Shown here: positions 7,139 to 14,702 of the stretch, one piece after another
Layout of the letters: each line of letters opens with the position of its first letter
Numbering within the stretch: position 1 is the first letter of the stretch
Assembly (NCBI GenBank): GCA_038534095.1
Contig: JBCAXK010000035.1
Coordinates: 1-16,007, forward strand
Direction: 5' to 3'
DNA: 16,007 nt
Origin: Chlamydiota bacterium
GTDB lineage: Bacteria > Chlamydiota > Chlamydiia > Chlamydiales > SM23-39
The notes under the pieces: generated by a model
Seen by the model: the letters and a program-made list of their open reading frames with translations, nothing else
What the model was told of the DNA's origin: nothing
The model's database searches: none
Position numbers and translations under genes: made by a program

Positions 7139-8223
7139 ATTTTAAACCTGTATACACAATCAACGCAGCTATCGTTAAGCATCTGATGAGAATTGAAGCT
7201 GCTAAAGAAAAAGCAGCCATGCTGCCTGTAAATCCTACTGTACTTGCATCTTTGCGTGAGACGGCAAAACTGTATACGACGCACTATTCTACCATGATAG
7301 AAGGCAATCAACTAAAACCCGAAGAAATACAGGAAGTGATTCAACTCGCAAGACATTTCCCTGGTAGAGAAAGAGATGAGCGCGAGGTTAAAGGTTATTA
7401 CGCGGCACTAGCCCAACTAGAACAATACGCAGTCCAAGGCGTTTCTGTTACTGAAAAAATCATCCAAACGCTCCATGCGCTTGTTATGAGTAATGGCAGA
7501 ACGCGCGTTAAACCTACGCCATATCGTGACAGACAAAATGTTATTAAAGATCGTGGAACAGGAACAATCGTTTACATGCCCCCAGAATTCAAAGATGTTT
7601 TTGGTCTTATGCGTAATCTTGTTTTTTGGATCAAAGAAAATGAAGAGTGGCCATGTCCTATTGTTGCAGGTATTGCCCATTATCAGTTTGTAACAATTCA
7701 CCCCTACTACGATGGTAACGGAAGAACGGCTAGGTTACTCACAACATTCATCTTACATCTTGGCGGCTATGACTTAAAGGGTCTATATTCTTTAGAAGAA
7801 TACTATGCTAAAAATCTTCTGGGATACTATCGAGCAATGAGCGTCGGCCCCTCCCACAATTATTATTTTGGCCGCGCCGAGAGCGATATCACCGAATGGG
7901 TTGAATATTTCACAGAAGGGATGGCTTTTGCATTTGAGAAAGTTGTTAGCCAAATGATAGCCAGCAATGAAAAAGGCGGAAAAGATCATTCGCAATTGCT
8001 ACGTACATTAGATCCAAAACAACGTAAAGCCTTAGAATTATTCAGAGAGTATGATGTTGTTAACAGCAAGCAAGTAGGTAATTTATTTGGTTTTCAGCCT
8101 AGAACGAATGCTGCCCTTTGCAAGAAATGGGTTGAAGCTGGTTTTTTAGAAATTGTAGATCCGAGTCTCAAATCAAGAAAATACAGCTTGGCTGGTAAAT
8201 ACAAAGAATTATTGGATGCTTAA
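7129..8223 (+). CDS. Fic family protein (class II-type, N-terminal inhibitory helix) with predicted C-terminal winged helix
   Basis: Catalytic motif HPYYDGNGRTAR and inhibitory motif STMIEGN matching (S/T)xxxE(G/N). C-terminal LDPKQRKALELF...VNSKQVGNLFG...LCKKWVEAGFL...SRKYSL is wHTH-like. Confidence 0.95.
   Translation: MPTNFKPVYTINAAIVKHLMRIEAAKEKAAMLPVNPTVLASLRETAKLYTTHYSTMIEGNQLKPEEIQEVIQLARHFPGRERDEREVKGYYAALAQLEQYAVQGVSVTEKIIQTLHALVMSNGRTRVKPTPYRDRQNVIKDRGTGTIVYMPPEFKDVFGLMRNLVFWIKENEEWPCPIVAGIAHYQFVTIHPYYDGNGRTARLLTTFILHLGGYDLKGLYSLEEYYAKNLLGYYRAMSVGPSHNYYFGRAESDITEWVEYFTEGMAFAFEKVVSQMIASNEKGGKDHSQLLRTLDPKQRKALELFREYDVVNSKQVGNLFGFQPRTNAALCKKWVEAGFLEIVDPSLKSRKYSLAGKYKELLDA
8154..8217 (+). 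repeat. Direct repeat copy 2 (last codons of the intact Fic gene)
   Basis: 56/64 ungapped identity to 4867-4930. Confidence 0.92.
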
Positions 8224-8443
8224 AATAACTAACAATATAGGAAAACAGAAAGCCGTACTGATAACAGGCGCAAATAACCCTGAAGACGTAGGCGCTGGAA
8301 TTGCAAAATCATTTCATAACGGTGGATTTAAAGTAATATTACATGACTATGTTCATCCAGAAGATTCAGCTGAAGCAATACCAAAAGAACTGGGATCACA
8401 ACTCTATGCAGCCCTCAACCTGCAAATGATATTGCCTTCCTAG
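8216..8443 (+). pseudogene. Truncated short-chain dehydrogenase/reductase (SDR), N-terminal fragment
   Basis: KAVLITGANNPEDVGAGIAKSF...GFKVILH is a Rossmann-fold start. Only 75 aa, with no YxxxK. The ATG overlaps the Fic stop (ATGCTTAA) and the ORF ends at the junction with the IS remnant. Confidence 0.7.
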
Positions 8444-8444
8444 A

Positions 8445-8672
8445 AATGCAACCCCTTCCCCGACCTCTAAAACAGGCAAATCTACGCAAAAACCGAGTTT
8501 GCAATGGATTTTCCAGATATTTGAGGGAGTACACGTTCTGCTCAAAAAAACCAATGGCCAGAACATTGAGAGTCTATTAAACCTCAAACCCCTTCACCTT
8601 TATATACTTACGATACTCCAGACTCCTTTTGAAAAAATTTACGCTTCAACATAAAAAGGAGCGGAATGTGGG
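8445..8672 (+). mobile_element. IS1634-family remnant: transposase C-terminus plus right terminal repeat
   Basis: A start-less frame ending in TAA at 8652-8654 reads TGKSTQKPSLQWIFQIFEGVHVL...LLNLKPLHLYILTIL...KIY, matching the recalled IS1634 C-terminus GKPTxxPTxRWxFQxFxGIHxL. It is followed by GCGGAATGTGGG (8661-8672), whose reverse complement CCCACATTCCGC is typical of ends in this group. Confidence 0.7.
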
Positions 8673-8771
8673 TAAGATGTAACGGAAAGTAAAAAGGGAA
8701 ATTTTCAGGTGCTTTGGGTGATTTTGCGATTCTCTAGGTACGGATGTATTGCGTGACTGAAACTTGATAAA

Positions 8772-8797
8772 GCCTATAAATACTAGAGTTTGTAGGC
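8772..8797. terminator. Hairpin downstream of the tRNA (terminator or island-end palindrome)
   Basis: GCCTATAAA-N8-TTTGTAGGC (one mismatch), followed by TTT on the minus strand, about 50 nt after the tRNA 3' end. Confidence 0.35.
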
Positions 8798-8849
8798 GTC
8801 TTTAACACTGGAGAAAATCTAGCGCAACCTTTTCAAGAAAGAAAACTGA

Positions 8850-8936
8850 CGGAGGAAGAGGGATTCGAACCCTCGGTACTCTTTCGAGCACACACGCTTT
8901 CCAAGCGTGCTCCTTCAGCCACTCGGACACTCCTCC
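8850..8936 (-). tRNA. tRNA-Ser (anticodon GGA), CCA not encoded
   Basis: Minus strand GGAGGAGTGTCCGAGTGGCTGAAGGAGCACGC-TT-GGA-AA-GCGTGTGTGCTCGAAAGAGTACCGAGGGTTCGAATCCCTCTTCCTCC-G. Has acceptor stem, D-loop GG, long variable arm, GTTCGAATC T-loop and discriminator G, followed by TCA. Confidence 0.97.
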
Positions 8937-8946
8937 AATGCAAAGA

Positions 8947-8975
8947 ATTTTATCTTACCTAAGAGATAACTACAA
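8947..8975 (-). promoter_or_regulatory. Putative tRNA promoter
   Basis: TTGTAG(8975-8970)-17 nt-TAAAAT(8952-8947), 10 nt before the tRNA 5' end. Confidence 0.6.
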
Positions 8976-9003
8976 GAAACTTACTGCGTAAAGAAAATCC
9001 TTT

Positions 9004-10416
9004 TTAGTGAGCTGCTTTTAAAGATTGAAATGCCTCTAGTGCTCTCTGCCTAGATTCTTTTACATCCACAATGGGATGGGGATAATCCTTTCCTAGGACA
9101 ATCCCCGCAGCTCGAAGCGCACTTTCAGGAGCAAGCCAAGGCTCTGCTAAATACTTTTGGGGCAAAGAGGCCAGCTCTGGAACGTAATGACGCACATATT
9201 CCCCTTCAGGATCAAATTTTTCTACCTGGCTACGGGGACTAAAAATACGGAAATAAGGAGCAGCGTCAGCGCCCGATCCTGCAATCCACTGCCACCCTGC
9301 GCTATTGTTCGCAATATCTGCGTCAACAAGACAGTCCCAAAACCAGTCTCTACCCTCATGCCAATGAATCAAAAGATTTTTTACAAGGAAAGAGCCTACG
9401 ACCATGCGAAGGCGGTTATGCATATAGCCCGTTTGCCACAGCTGACGCATCCCAGCGTCTACAATCGGGTAGCCAGTTTCCCCTTTTTGCCAAGCAAGCA
9501 ACCACTTGGAATGGGCTTTCCAAGGGAAGTTGTCGAATTTTTTTTGGAAGTTTTTTTCTGGAAGCTGAGGGAAGTGGTACAAAAGGTAGTAGGAAAATTC
9601 CCGCCAAGTCAGCTCGCTTAAAAAATGCTCCAAGTCTTTCTCAGGCGCTTTTTTCGTTAACGTTTTATGCCAAACCTCATGAGGAGAAATCACCCCGTGA
9701 GCTAAGTAGGGAGAAAGCAGAGAAGTATTTGGCCCCGCTGGAAAATCCCGCCCTTTTTTGTAATTTTCAAGGCCATGCTCCAAAAAGTAGGCAAGCTTCT
9801 TTTGGGCGCCTTTCTCTCCAAATTCCCACAGCCCTTCTAAACGCTTCCCCCAAGGCTTTTTAGGGAGAAGAGAGAGCGACTCTACTGCTTTGGCATGGCG
9901 TTTGACTTTGATCCACTGAGGCTTTGAGGGCTTCCCCAGAGGCTTTCGCACGGGAAACTGGTAGCTTTTTTTCTTAAAAGGGGTAAACACAGAAAAGGGT
10001 TTCCCGTCATCTTTGACCACCTCTTCTGGACTGCGAAGATAACACCCGGAAAACTTCTCAAAACCAACCCCTTTTTTTCGTAAGACCTCTTCCATTTCCT
10101 GATCAAATGCTCGGTACCAAGGTTCAAACGATTCATTCACAAAAACAGAGTCGATGTTTTCTTGCTCAACCCATTGTAAAAGAATTTTTTTAGGGCTTCC
10201 TTTTAGGATCAGTAAGTGATCGTCTACAGCTTTCTCAAGTTCTAACAGGGTATGGTGCAGAAAAAGTTTACTTGCTTGTCCCATTTGATAGGGTTTAGGG
10301 GCTAAATCATCAAAAATGTACATAGGAAGCACTTTCCCCCTTTCGCAGGCAGCAAAGTAGGCTGGATTATCCTGGATCCGTAGATCTTTACGAAATAAAA
10401 AAAGAGTTTGCTTCAT
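9004..10416 (-). CDS. phrB: Deoxyribodipyrimidine (CPD) photolyase
   Basis: Motifs FRKDLRIQDNPA, TSLLSPYLAHGVISP, ELTWREF, WQKGETGYPIVDAGMRQLWQTGYMHNRLRM, LVDADIANNSAGWQW, DAAPYFRIF, FDPEGEYVR; SD AAAGGA. Confidence 0.95.
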   Translation of the reverse strand: MKQTLFLFRKDLRIQDNPAYFAACERGKVLPMYIFDDLAPKPYQMGQASKLFLHHTLLELEKAVDDHLLILKGSPKKILLQWVEQENIDSVFVNESFEPWYRAFDQEMEEVLRKKGVGFEKFSGCYLRSPEEVVKDDGKPFSVFTPFKKKSYQFPVRKPLGKPSKPQWIKVKRHAKAVESLSLLPKKPWGKRLEGLWEFGEKGAQKKLAYFLEHGLENYKKGRDFPAGPNTSLLSPYLAHGVISPHEVWHKTLTKKAPEKDLEHFLSELTWREFSYYLLYHFPQLPEKNFQKKFDNFPWKAHSKWLLAWQKGETGYPIVDAGMRQLWQTGYMHNRLRMVVGSFLVKNLLIHWHEGRDWFWDCLVDADIANNSAGWQWIAGSGADAAPYFRIFSPRSQVEKFDPEGEYVRHYVPELASLPQKYLAEPWLAPESALRAAGIVLGKDYPHPIVDVKESRQRALEAFQSLKAAH

Positions 10417-10443
10417 GGTGAATATCCTTTCTGTGTCTGCGCC

Positions 10444-10512
10444 ATTCTACGAAAACCCCTAACTAGTAAACAAGCATTTGCCTTCAAAATAATGGCGCCT
10501 TCGTGTTAAGCT
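10444..10512. promoter_or_regulatory. Divergent promoter region between phrB and znuA
   Basis: Minus strand TTGTTT(10473-10468)-18 nt-TAGAAT(10449-10444). Plus strand has an extended -10-like TGtTAAGCT (10504-10512) about 10 nt before the znuA ATG. Confidence 0.4.
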
Positions 10513-10522
10513 AAGGCTAATT

Positions 10523-11413
10523 ATGCGATTTCTTCTCTTTTTTTGTATCCTTTTTACCTCTTGTCAGTTCCCGTCTCAGAAGCCCTCTTCTCAGGACAAA
10601 AAACCTCTTGTGCTTGTGAGCATTCCCCCTTACGCCTCCTTTGTCAAAAAAATCGTTGGCGAGAAAGTTCACGTCAAAACCGTTGTCCCTGAAGGGATCG
10701 ATGCGCACACCTACGAACCGACCCCAAAAAGTTTACAAGATCTAGAGAAAGCAGAAATCTGGTTTCAGATCGGAGATCCTTTTGAAGAAAAGGTACTACG
10801 ATCTCTCAAACAGAAAAATCCCGATTTAGAAGTGCATGACCTTCGAGAGCAGGTCCCATTATTGTACGACAAGTCCCCTTGCTCCCACTGCAATCACCAT
10901 GGACATGATCACCATACTCACTCCCTAGAAGATTTTGCCGATGTCCACGTTTGGATGAACCCCAAACTCGCCCTGCAACAAAGCGCGTTTATCCAAGAGG
11001 TCCTAGAAGCTCGTTACAACCAGTCATTTTCTCGCGGTTTTTCTGCCTTAGAAAAGGCCTTTTTGGATCTTGATGACTCCCTCCGAACGCTCCTCTTTAA
11101 GCCCAAAGCGGCCGCTTTTGTCACAAGCCACCCTTCGTTTGCCTATTTTTGCGAGGAGTATGGCCTGATCCAAATTTCTTTGGAAATTGAAGGGAAAGAG
11201 GCGCGCGCCAAAGATGTGGAAATAGCGCTCAGGCGCGCTCGAACAAATCACGCGGCGGTTGCTCTCATCGAACCCCAATTCAGCCCTAAAAGCGCTATTA
11301 TGGTCGCAAAAGAGCTCGATATTCCAGTAAAAATGGTCGACCCCTACTCTCCAAAATACTTCAAAAGCCTTTTGCATTTAGCAAACGTATTACACGATCC
11401 CCACTCGTCATGA
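10523..11413 (+). CDS. znuA: Zn/Mn ABC transporter substrate-binding lipoprotein (ZnuA/AdcA family)
   Basis: Lipobox-like FTSC, DAHTYEPTP, His/Cys-rich loop CSHCNHHGHDHHTH, DVHVWMNP, HPSFAYF, DPY. Confidence 0.9.
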   Translation: MRFLLFFCILFTSCQFPSQKPSSQDKKPLVLVSIPPYASFVKKIVGEKVHVKTVVPEGIDAHTYEPTPKSLQDLEKAEIWFQIGDPFEEKVLRSLKQKNPDLEVHDLREQVPLLYDKSPCSHCNHHGHDHHTHSLEDFADVHVWMNPKLALQQSAFIQEVLEARYNQSFSRGFSALEKAFLDLDDSLRTLLFKPKAAAFVTSHPSFAYFCEEYGLIQISLEIEGKEARAKDVEIALRRARTNHAAVALIEPQFSPKSAIMVAKELDIPVKMVDPYSPKYFKSLLHLANVLHDPHSS

Positions 11414-12111
11414 GCATCGCTTTCCAACAGGTCTTTTTTTCCTACAAAAAAAAACAGGTTCTTGAAAACATTTCGCTTGCAATTCCTGCAAGAAAAACTG
11501 CGTGTATCATTGGCCCGAATGGAGGGGGAAAATCGACCTTCTTGCGCCTTTGTACGGGAGATTTGCAGCCCGAGAAGGGCTCGGTCACCCTGGAAACAGA
11601 GCGCCCTTATTCTGTCGGTTTTGTCCCGCAAAATGTCCATTACGATGCGCAGTTCCCCATCACCGCTCTTGAAGTGGTTTTAAGCGCTTTTATTTTGCAA
11701 GCAAGGCCTTTTGGAGGCTATCCCAAAGCGTGCAAAGAAAAAGCGCGAAGCGCTCTAGACAGGCTCGGCATTGCTGCCTACGCAAACACCCCTTTTAGCG
11801 AACTGTCCACGGGACTCGCGCAAAGAGTACTGATCGCAAGAGCGCTTGCCGATCAGCCAGAAATCTTGCTCCTTGACGAGCCGACTTCTAGTGTCGACCC
11901 AGAAGCAAGGAAAGCGATCTTGGACCTCCTCACCTCTCTTCAAGGGCTCAAGACAATTCTTCTTGTCACCCATGATTTAGAAACAGCGATTGATCGGGTC
12001 GATATGGTCGTTTGTTTAGAGAAAACAGCCACGGTTTTTGAGCCCCATGAAGTGTGTAAGCATTTTGGCATTGGGCTCTACCATACCCCTTTTAAAAAGG
12101 GGGCTCCTTGA
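11410..12111 (+). CDS. znuC: Metal ABC transporter ATP-binding protein
   Basis: Walker A GPNGGGKST, Q-loop VPQ, atypical signature LSTGLAQR, Walker B LLLDEPT, VTHD. ATGA overlap with znuA. Confidence 0.9.
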   Translation: MSIAFQQVFFSYKKKQVLENISLAIPARKTACIIGPNGGGKSTFLRLCTGDLQPEKGSVTLETERPYSVGFVPQNVHYDAQFPITALEVVLSAFILQARPFGGYPKACKEKARSALDRLGIAAYANTPFSELSTGLAQRVLIARALADQPEILLLDEPTSSVDPEARKAILDLLTSLQGLKTILLVTHDLETAIDRVDMVVCLEKTATVFEPHEVCKHFGIGLYHTPFKKGAP

Positions 12112-12938
12112 ATATCCTTTCGAACCCTTTCATCATCAGCGCCTTTTTTGCGGCGATCTTAGCCTCTTTTGCTAGCGGCGTGATCGGTTCTTATGTTGTT
12201 GTGAAAAGAATTGTTTTCATCAGCGGGAGCATTGCCCACTCTGTCCTTGGGGCTATGGGCCTTTTTCTCTATTTGCAAAGAGTCTACGGCCTTTCTTTCG
12301 CAAGCCCCCTACTTGGCGCTTTGTTCGGATCGATCATCTCCTCCCTTGTTATTGGCTTTGTCTCCCTCCGCTTTTCTGCAAGAAAAGATGCCCTCATTGC
12401 AAGCGTCTGGTCGACAGGGATGGCCATCGGGGTGATTTTCATCTCTCTCACCCCCGGATATAACACCGAACTGCTCAATTTTTTATTTGGCAATCTCCTC
12501 TGGACAACCACTGGAGATCTGTGGATGCTTCTTTCTCTCGATCTCTTGTTATTGTTTTGCATTAGCGCGTTTTATCAGCAGTTTTTGCTTGTCTGTTTTG
12601 ATGAGAAACAAGCTCGCTTGAAAGGACTGTCAACAGAGTTTTGGTACCTATTCCTCTTAGTGCTGATCGGCCTATCGATTGTCGTCCTGATTCAGGTGAT
12701 GGGCGTAGTGCTTGTGATCACTTTGCTCAGCCTCCCTGCCATGGTGGCAAGCCTTTTTACAAAAAAGTTTTTTACCATGATGCTCCTTTCTTCCCTTTTT
12801 GCGCTCACTTTCAGTATCCTTGGCATCACTGTTTCCTATCAGCTCAATTTACCTATCGGCTCAACGATTGCTATTGTCGCAGCGCTTTTTTACGCCTCTT
12901 CTTTATTTCTGCAAAACAGCTACAGAACAAAGCATTGA
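12108..12938 (+). CDS. znuB: Metal ABC transporter permease (ABC-3 family)
   Basis: Multi-pass hydrophobic protein with GSYVVVKR..SGSIAHS, FLFGNLL, FDEKQARLKG, MGVVLV. TTG start overlaps the znuC stop (TTGA). Confidence 0.9.
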   Translation: MNILSNPFIISAFFAAILASFASGVIGSYVVVKRIVFISGSIAHSVLGAMGLFLYLQRVYGLSFASPLLGALFGSIISSLVIGFVSLRFSARKDALIASVWSTGMAIGVIFISLTPGYNTELLNFLFGNLLWTTTGDLWMLLSLDLLLLFCISAFYQQFLLVCFDEKQARLKGLSTEFWYLFLLVLIGLSIVVLIQVMGVVLVITLLSLPAMVASLFTKKFFTMMLLSSLFALTFSILGITVSYQLNLPIGSTIAIVAALFYASSLFLQNSYRTKH

Positions 12939-12963
12939 CTCTTGAGAGAATCTTCTTTATGAT
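12935..12963 (+). promoter_or_regulatory. Sigma70/sigma66 promoter of rplU-rpmA-obgE
   Basis: TTGACT(12935-12940)-17 nt-TATGAT(12958-12963); the -35 contains the znuB stop codon. SD AGGAG at 12987-12991. Confidence 0.8.
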
Positions 12964-12996
12964 GGTGGGGTAAATGTCCCATTCTTAGGAGATACT

Positions 12997-13311
12997 ATGT
13001 ACGCAATTATTCAATCGGGATCAAAGCAATACCGGGTCAAAAAAGGTGATCGGATCGCCATTGAACTGACCGATCAATCTGAAGGCTCCATCACGTTCGA
13101 AGAAGAAAATCTTTTATTTATTTTCGATGGTTCTTCTTATTTTACAGGCCTTCCCGGCTTAAAAAAGGGCAAAGTCATTGGAAAAATTCTTGGATTTGTA
13201 CAAGGCCCCAAAGTCCTCGCCTTCCGCTATCGGAAAAGAAAAGACTCAAAAAGAAGTGTCGGTCATAGACAACAGTATCAAGAAGTAGAAATCGAAGAAA
13301 TCAGTCTTTAA
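12997..13311 (+). CDS. rplU: 50S ribosomal protein L21
   Basis: MYAIIQSGSKQYRV..GD, GPKV..FRYRKRK...GHRQ. Confidence 0.97.
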   Translation: MYAIIQSGSKQYRVKKGDRIAIELTDQSEGSITFEEENLLFIFDGSSYFTGLPGLKKGKVIGKILGFVQGPKVLAFRYRKRKDSKRSVGHRQQYQEVEIEEISL

Positions 13312-13323
13312 ATTAGGTAACTC

Positions 13324-13581
13324 ATGGCTCATAAAAAAGGACAAGGTTCTGTAAAGAACAAGAAAGACTCCCATTCAAAAAGACTCGGAGTCAAAGCAAC
13401 TCACGGCGCCTCTGTCTCTGTGGGTAGTATCCTCATCAGACAAACCGGAACAAAATGGCACCCTGGAAAAAATGTGGGCGTAGGGAAAGATTTCACCCTA
13501 TTTGCTTTAACAGAGGGTACTGTTGCATTCACAAAGAAGAAAAAAACCTTTGTTTCGGTTGTGCCTAACCCTGGGATGTAA
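13324..13581 (+). CDS. rpmA: 50S ribosomal protein L27
   Basis: [50 protein letters not shown]. Confidence 0.97.
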   Translation: MAHKKGQGSVKNKKDSHSKRLGVKATHGASVSVGSILIRQTGTKWHPGKNVGVGKDFTLFALTEGTVAFTKKKKTFVSVVPNPGM

Positions 13582-13586
13582 ATCCT

Positions 13587-14615
13587 ATGTTTGTCGACCG
13601 TGTTCAGCTCCGTTTACTTGCAGGAAAAGGTGGCGACGGCGTCGCAGCATTTCGTAGGGAAAAGTTCCTTCCAAAAGGGGGCCCTTTTGGAGGAGATGGT
13701 GGAGACGGTGGTTCGATCACTTTTCGAGCAAGTCCCCACCCTTTTTCGTTAGAAGCCTTCCGCAATCTTAGAACCATTGCTGCAAAAAACGGTCAGCATG
13801 GAGGAGCGAACCACCGGACAGGAAAACGGGGAGAAAATCTCTCTTTTGATGTCCCTTTAGGCACCCTCATCAAAGATATGGCTACTGGAGAAACACTCTT
13901 TGACTTCACAGAAAAAGAGCAGTTCTTTATTGCTTGCAAAGGGGGCAAAGGGGGCAAAGGAAATGCGCACTTTAAATCCCCGACCAATCGTACTCCTAGA
14001 GAATTTACCCTCGGCACAAAAGGAGAAACCAAAGAGGTGATCCTTGAGCTCAAAATGATCGCCGATATTGGTCTTGTCGGCCTGCCCAACGCGGGTAAAT
14101 CGACCCTGATCACAAGCCTTACTCCCACATCGGCAAAAGTGGGCGCTTATCCCTTCACAACCCTCAAACCCAATTTAGGACTCCTCACCTTCGAAAGCGG
14201 CGTAAAAAAGTTTATTGCAGATATTCCAGGGATTATCCGAGGAGCCCACCAAAATAAAGGCCTTGGCCACGCATTTTTACGCCACGTAGAAAGAACGCGC
14301 GTCTTGATTTTTGTACTCGATCTTTTTTCACCAACACTTCTAGACGATTTTACCACCCTTCAAGAAGAGCTAATGGCCTATAACCCTGAGCTACTCAAAA
14401 AACCTTCTCTCCTCTTTCTCAATAAAATTGATCTTCCAGGAGCAGATCAACTAGTAACCCCGTTTTTAGAAAAACACCCTAACCTCTCGCCTATCCTCGT
14501 GTCTGCAAAAGAAAAGATCGGATTGCAAGAAGCGATTACATCCTTAGAAACTCTGTTTTCTTCTCAAGACATCGTTTGTGAGGAGAATAAAGAAGCCTCT
14601 ATCTTACCTGGCTGA
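13587..14615 (+). CDS. obgE: GTPase ObgE/CgtA
   Basis: MFVDRV..AGKGGDG..FRREKF.PKGGP.GGDGGDGG; G1 GLPNAGKST, YPFTTL, G3 DIPG, G4 NKID, G5 SA. Short C-terminus. Confidence 0.97.
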   Translation: MFVDRVQLRLLAGKGGDGVAAFRREKFLPKGGPFGGDGGDGGSITFRASPHPFSLEAFRNLRTIAAKNGQHGGANHRTGKRGENLSFDVPLGTLIKDMATGETLFDFTEKEQFFIACKGGKGGKGNAHFKSPTNRTPREFTLGTKGETKEVILELKMIADIGLVGLPNAGKSTLITSLTPTSAKVGAYPFTTLKPNLGLLTFESGVKKFIADIPGIIRGAHQNKGLGHAFLRHVERTRVLIFVLDLFSPTLLDDFTTLQEELMAYNPELLKKPSLLFLNKIDLPGADQLVTPFLEKHPNLSPILVSAKEKIGLQEAITSLETLFSSQDIVCEENKEASILPG

Positions 14616-14702
14616 AAAAAATCTTTTTTAATCATCCACACGGATGTGCTAAAGTTACTTTCAAAAAATTTTCTATCGATGTTACTGGATTAGGTCTATT
14701 CT

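Larger units (their letters stand above)
3100..8849. mobile_element. Decayed genomic island or insertion hotspot downstream of the tRNA-Ser 3' end (left boundary uncertain)
   Basis: Abuts the tRNA 3' end and contains three IS remnants, gene fragments and typical accessory genes. Looks more AT-rich than the flanking genes (not computed). No integrase or duplicated att site found in the window. Confidence 0.55.

Noticed and set aside
741..8223. SelO and Fic as one coordinated dual-AMPylase system
   Set aside because: They are about 5 kb apart, separated by opposite-strand genes and IS scars, and look compositionally different; proximity is probably incidental.
1..8849. Duplicated tRNA-Ser 3' end (att site) or integrase marking the far island boundary
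   Set aside because: No copy of CGGAGGAAGAGGGATTCGAA or a convincing part of it was found by eye, and no tyrosine or serine recombinase ORF is present.
11446..11454. A9 tract in znuC as a phase-variation site
   Set aside because: In frame (KKK), and A/T runs of 7-9 nt are common in this window.
13936..13960. 9-bp tandem repeat GCAAAGGGG (about 2.8 copies)
   Set aside because: Encodes the conserved Gly-rich KGGKGGKG segment of the Obg fold.
9157..14356. Alternative-frame and antisense ORFs inside phrB, znuABC and obgE
   Set aside because: Shadow ORFs of conserved genes with no independent signals.
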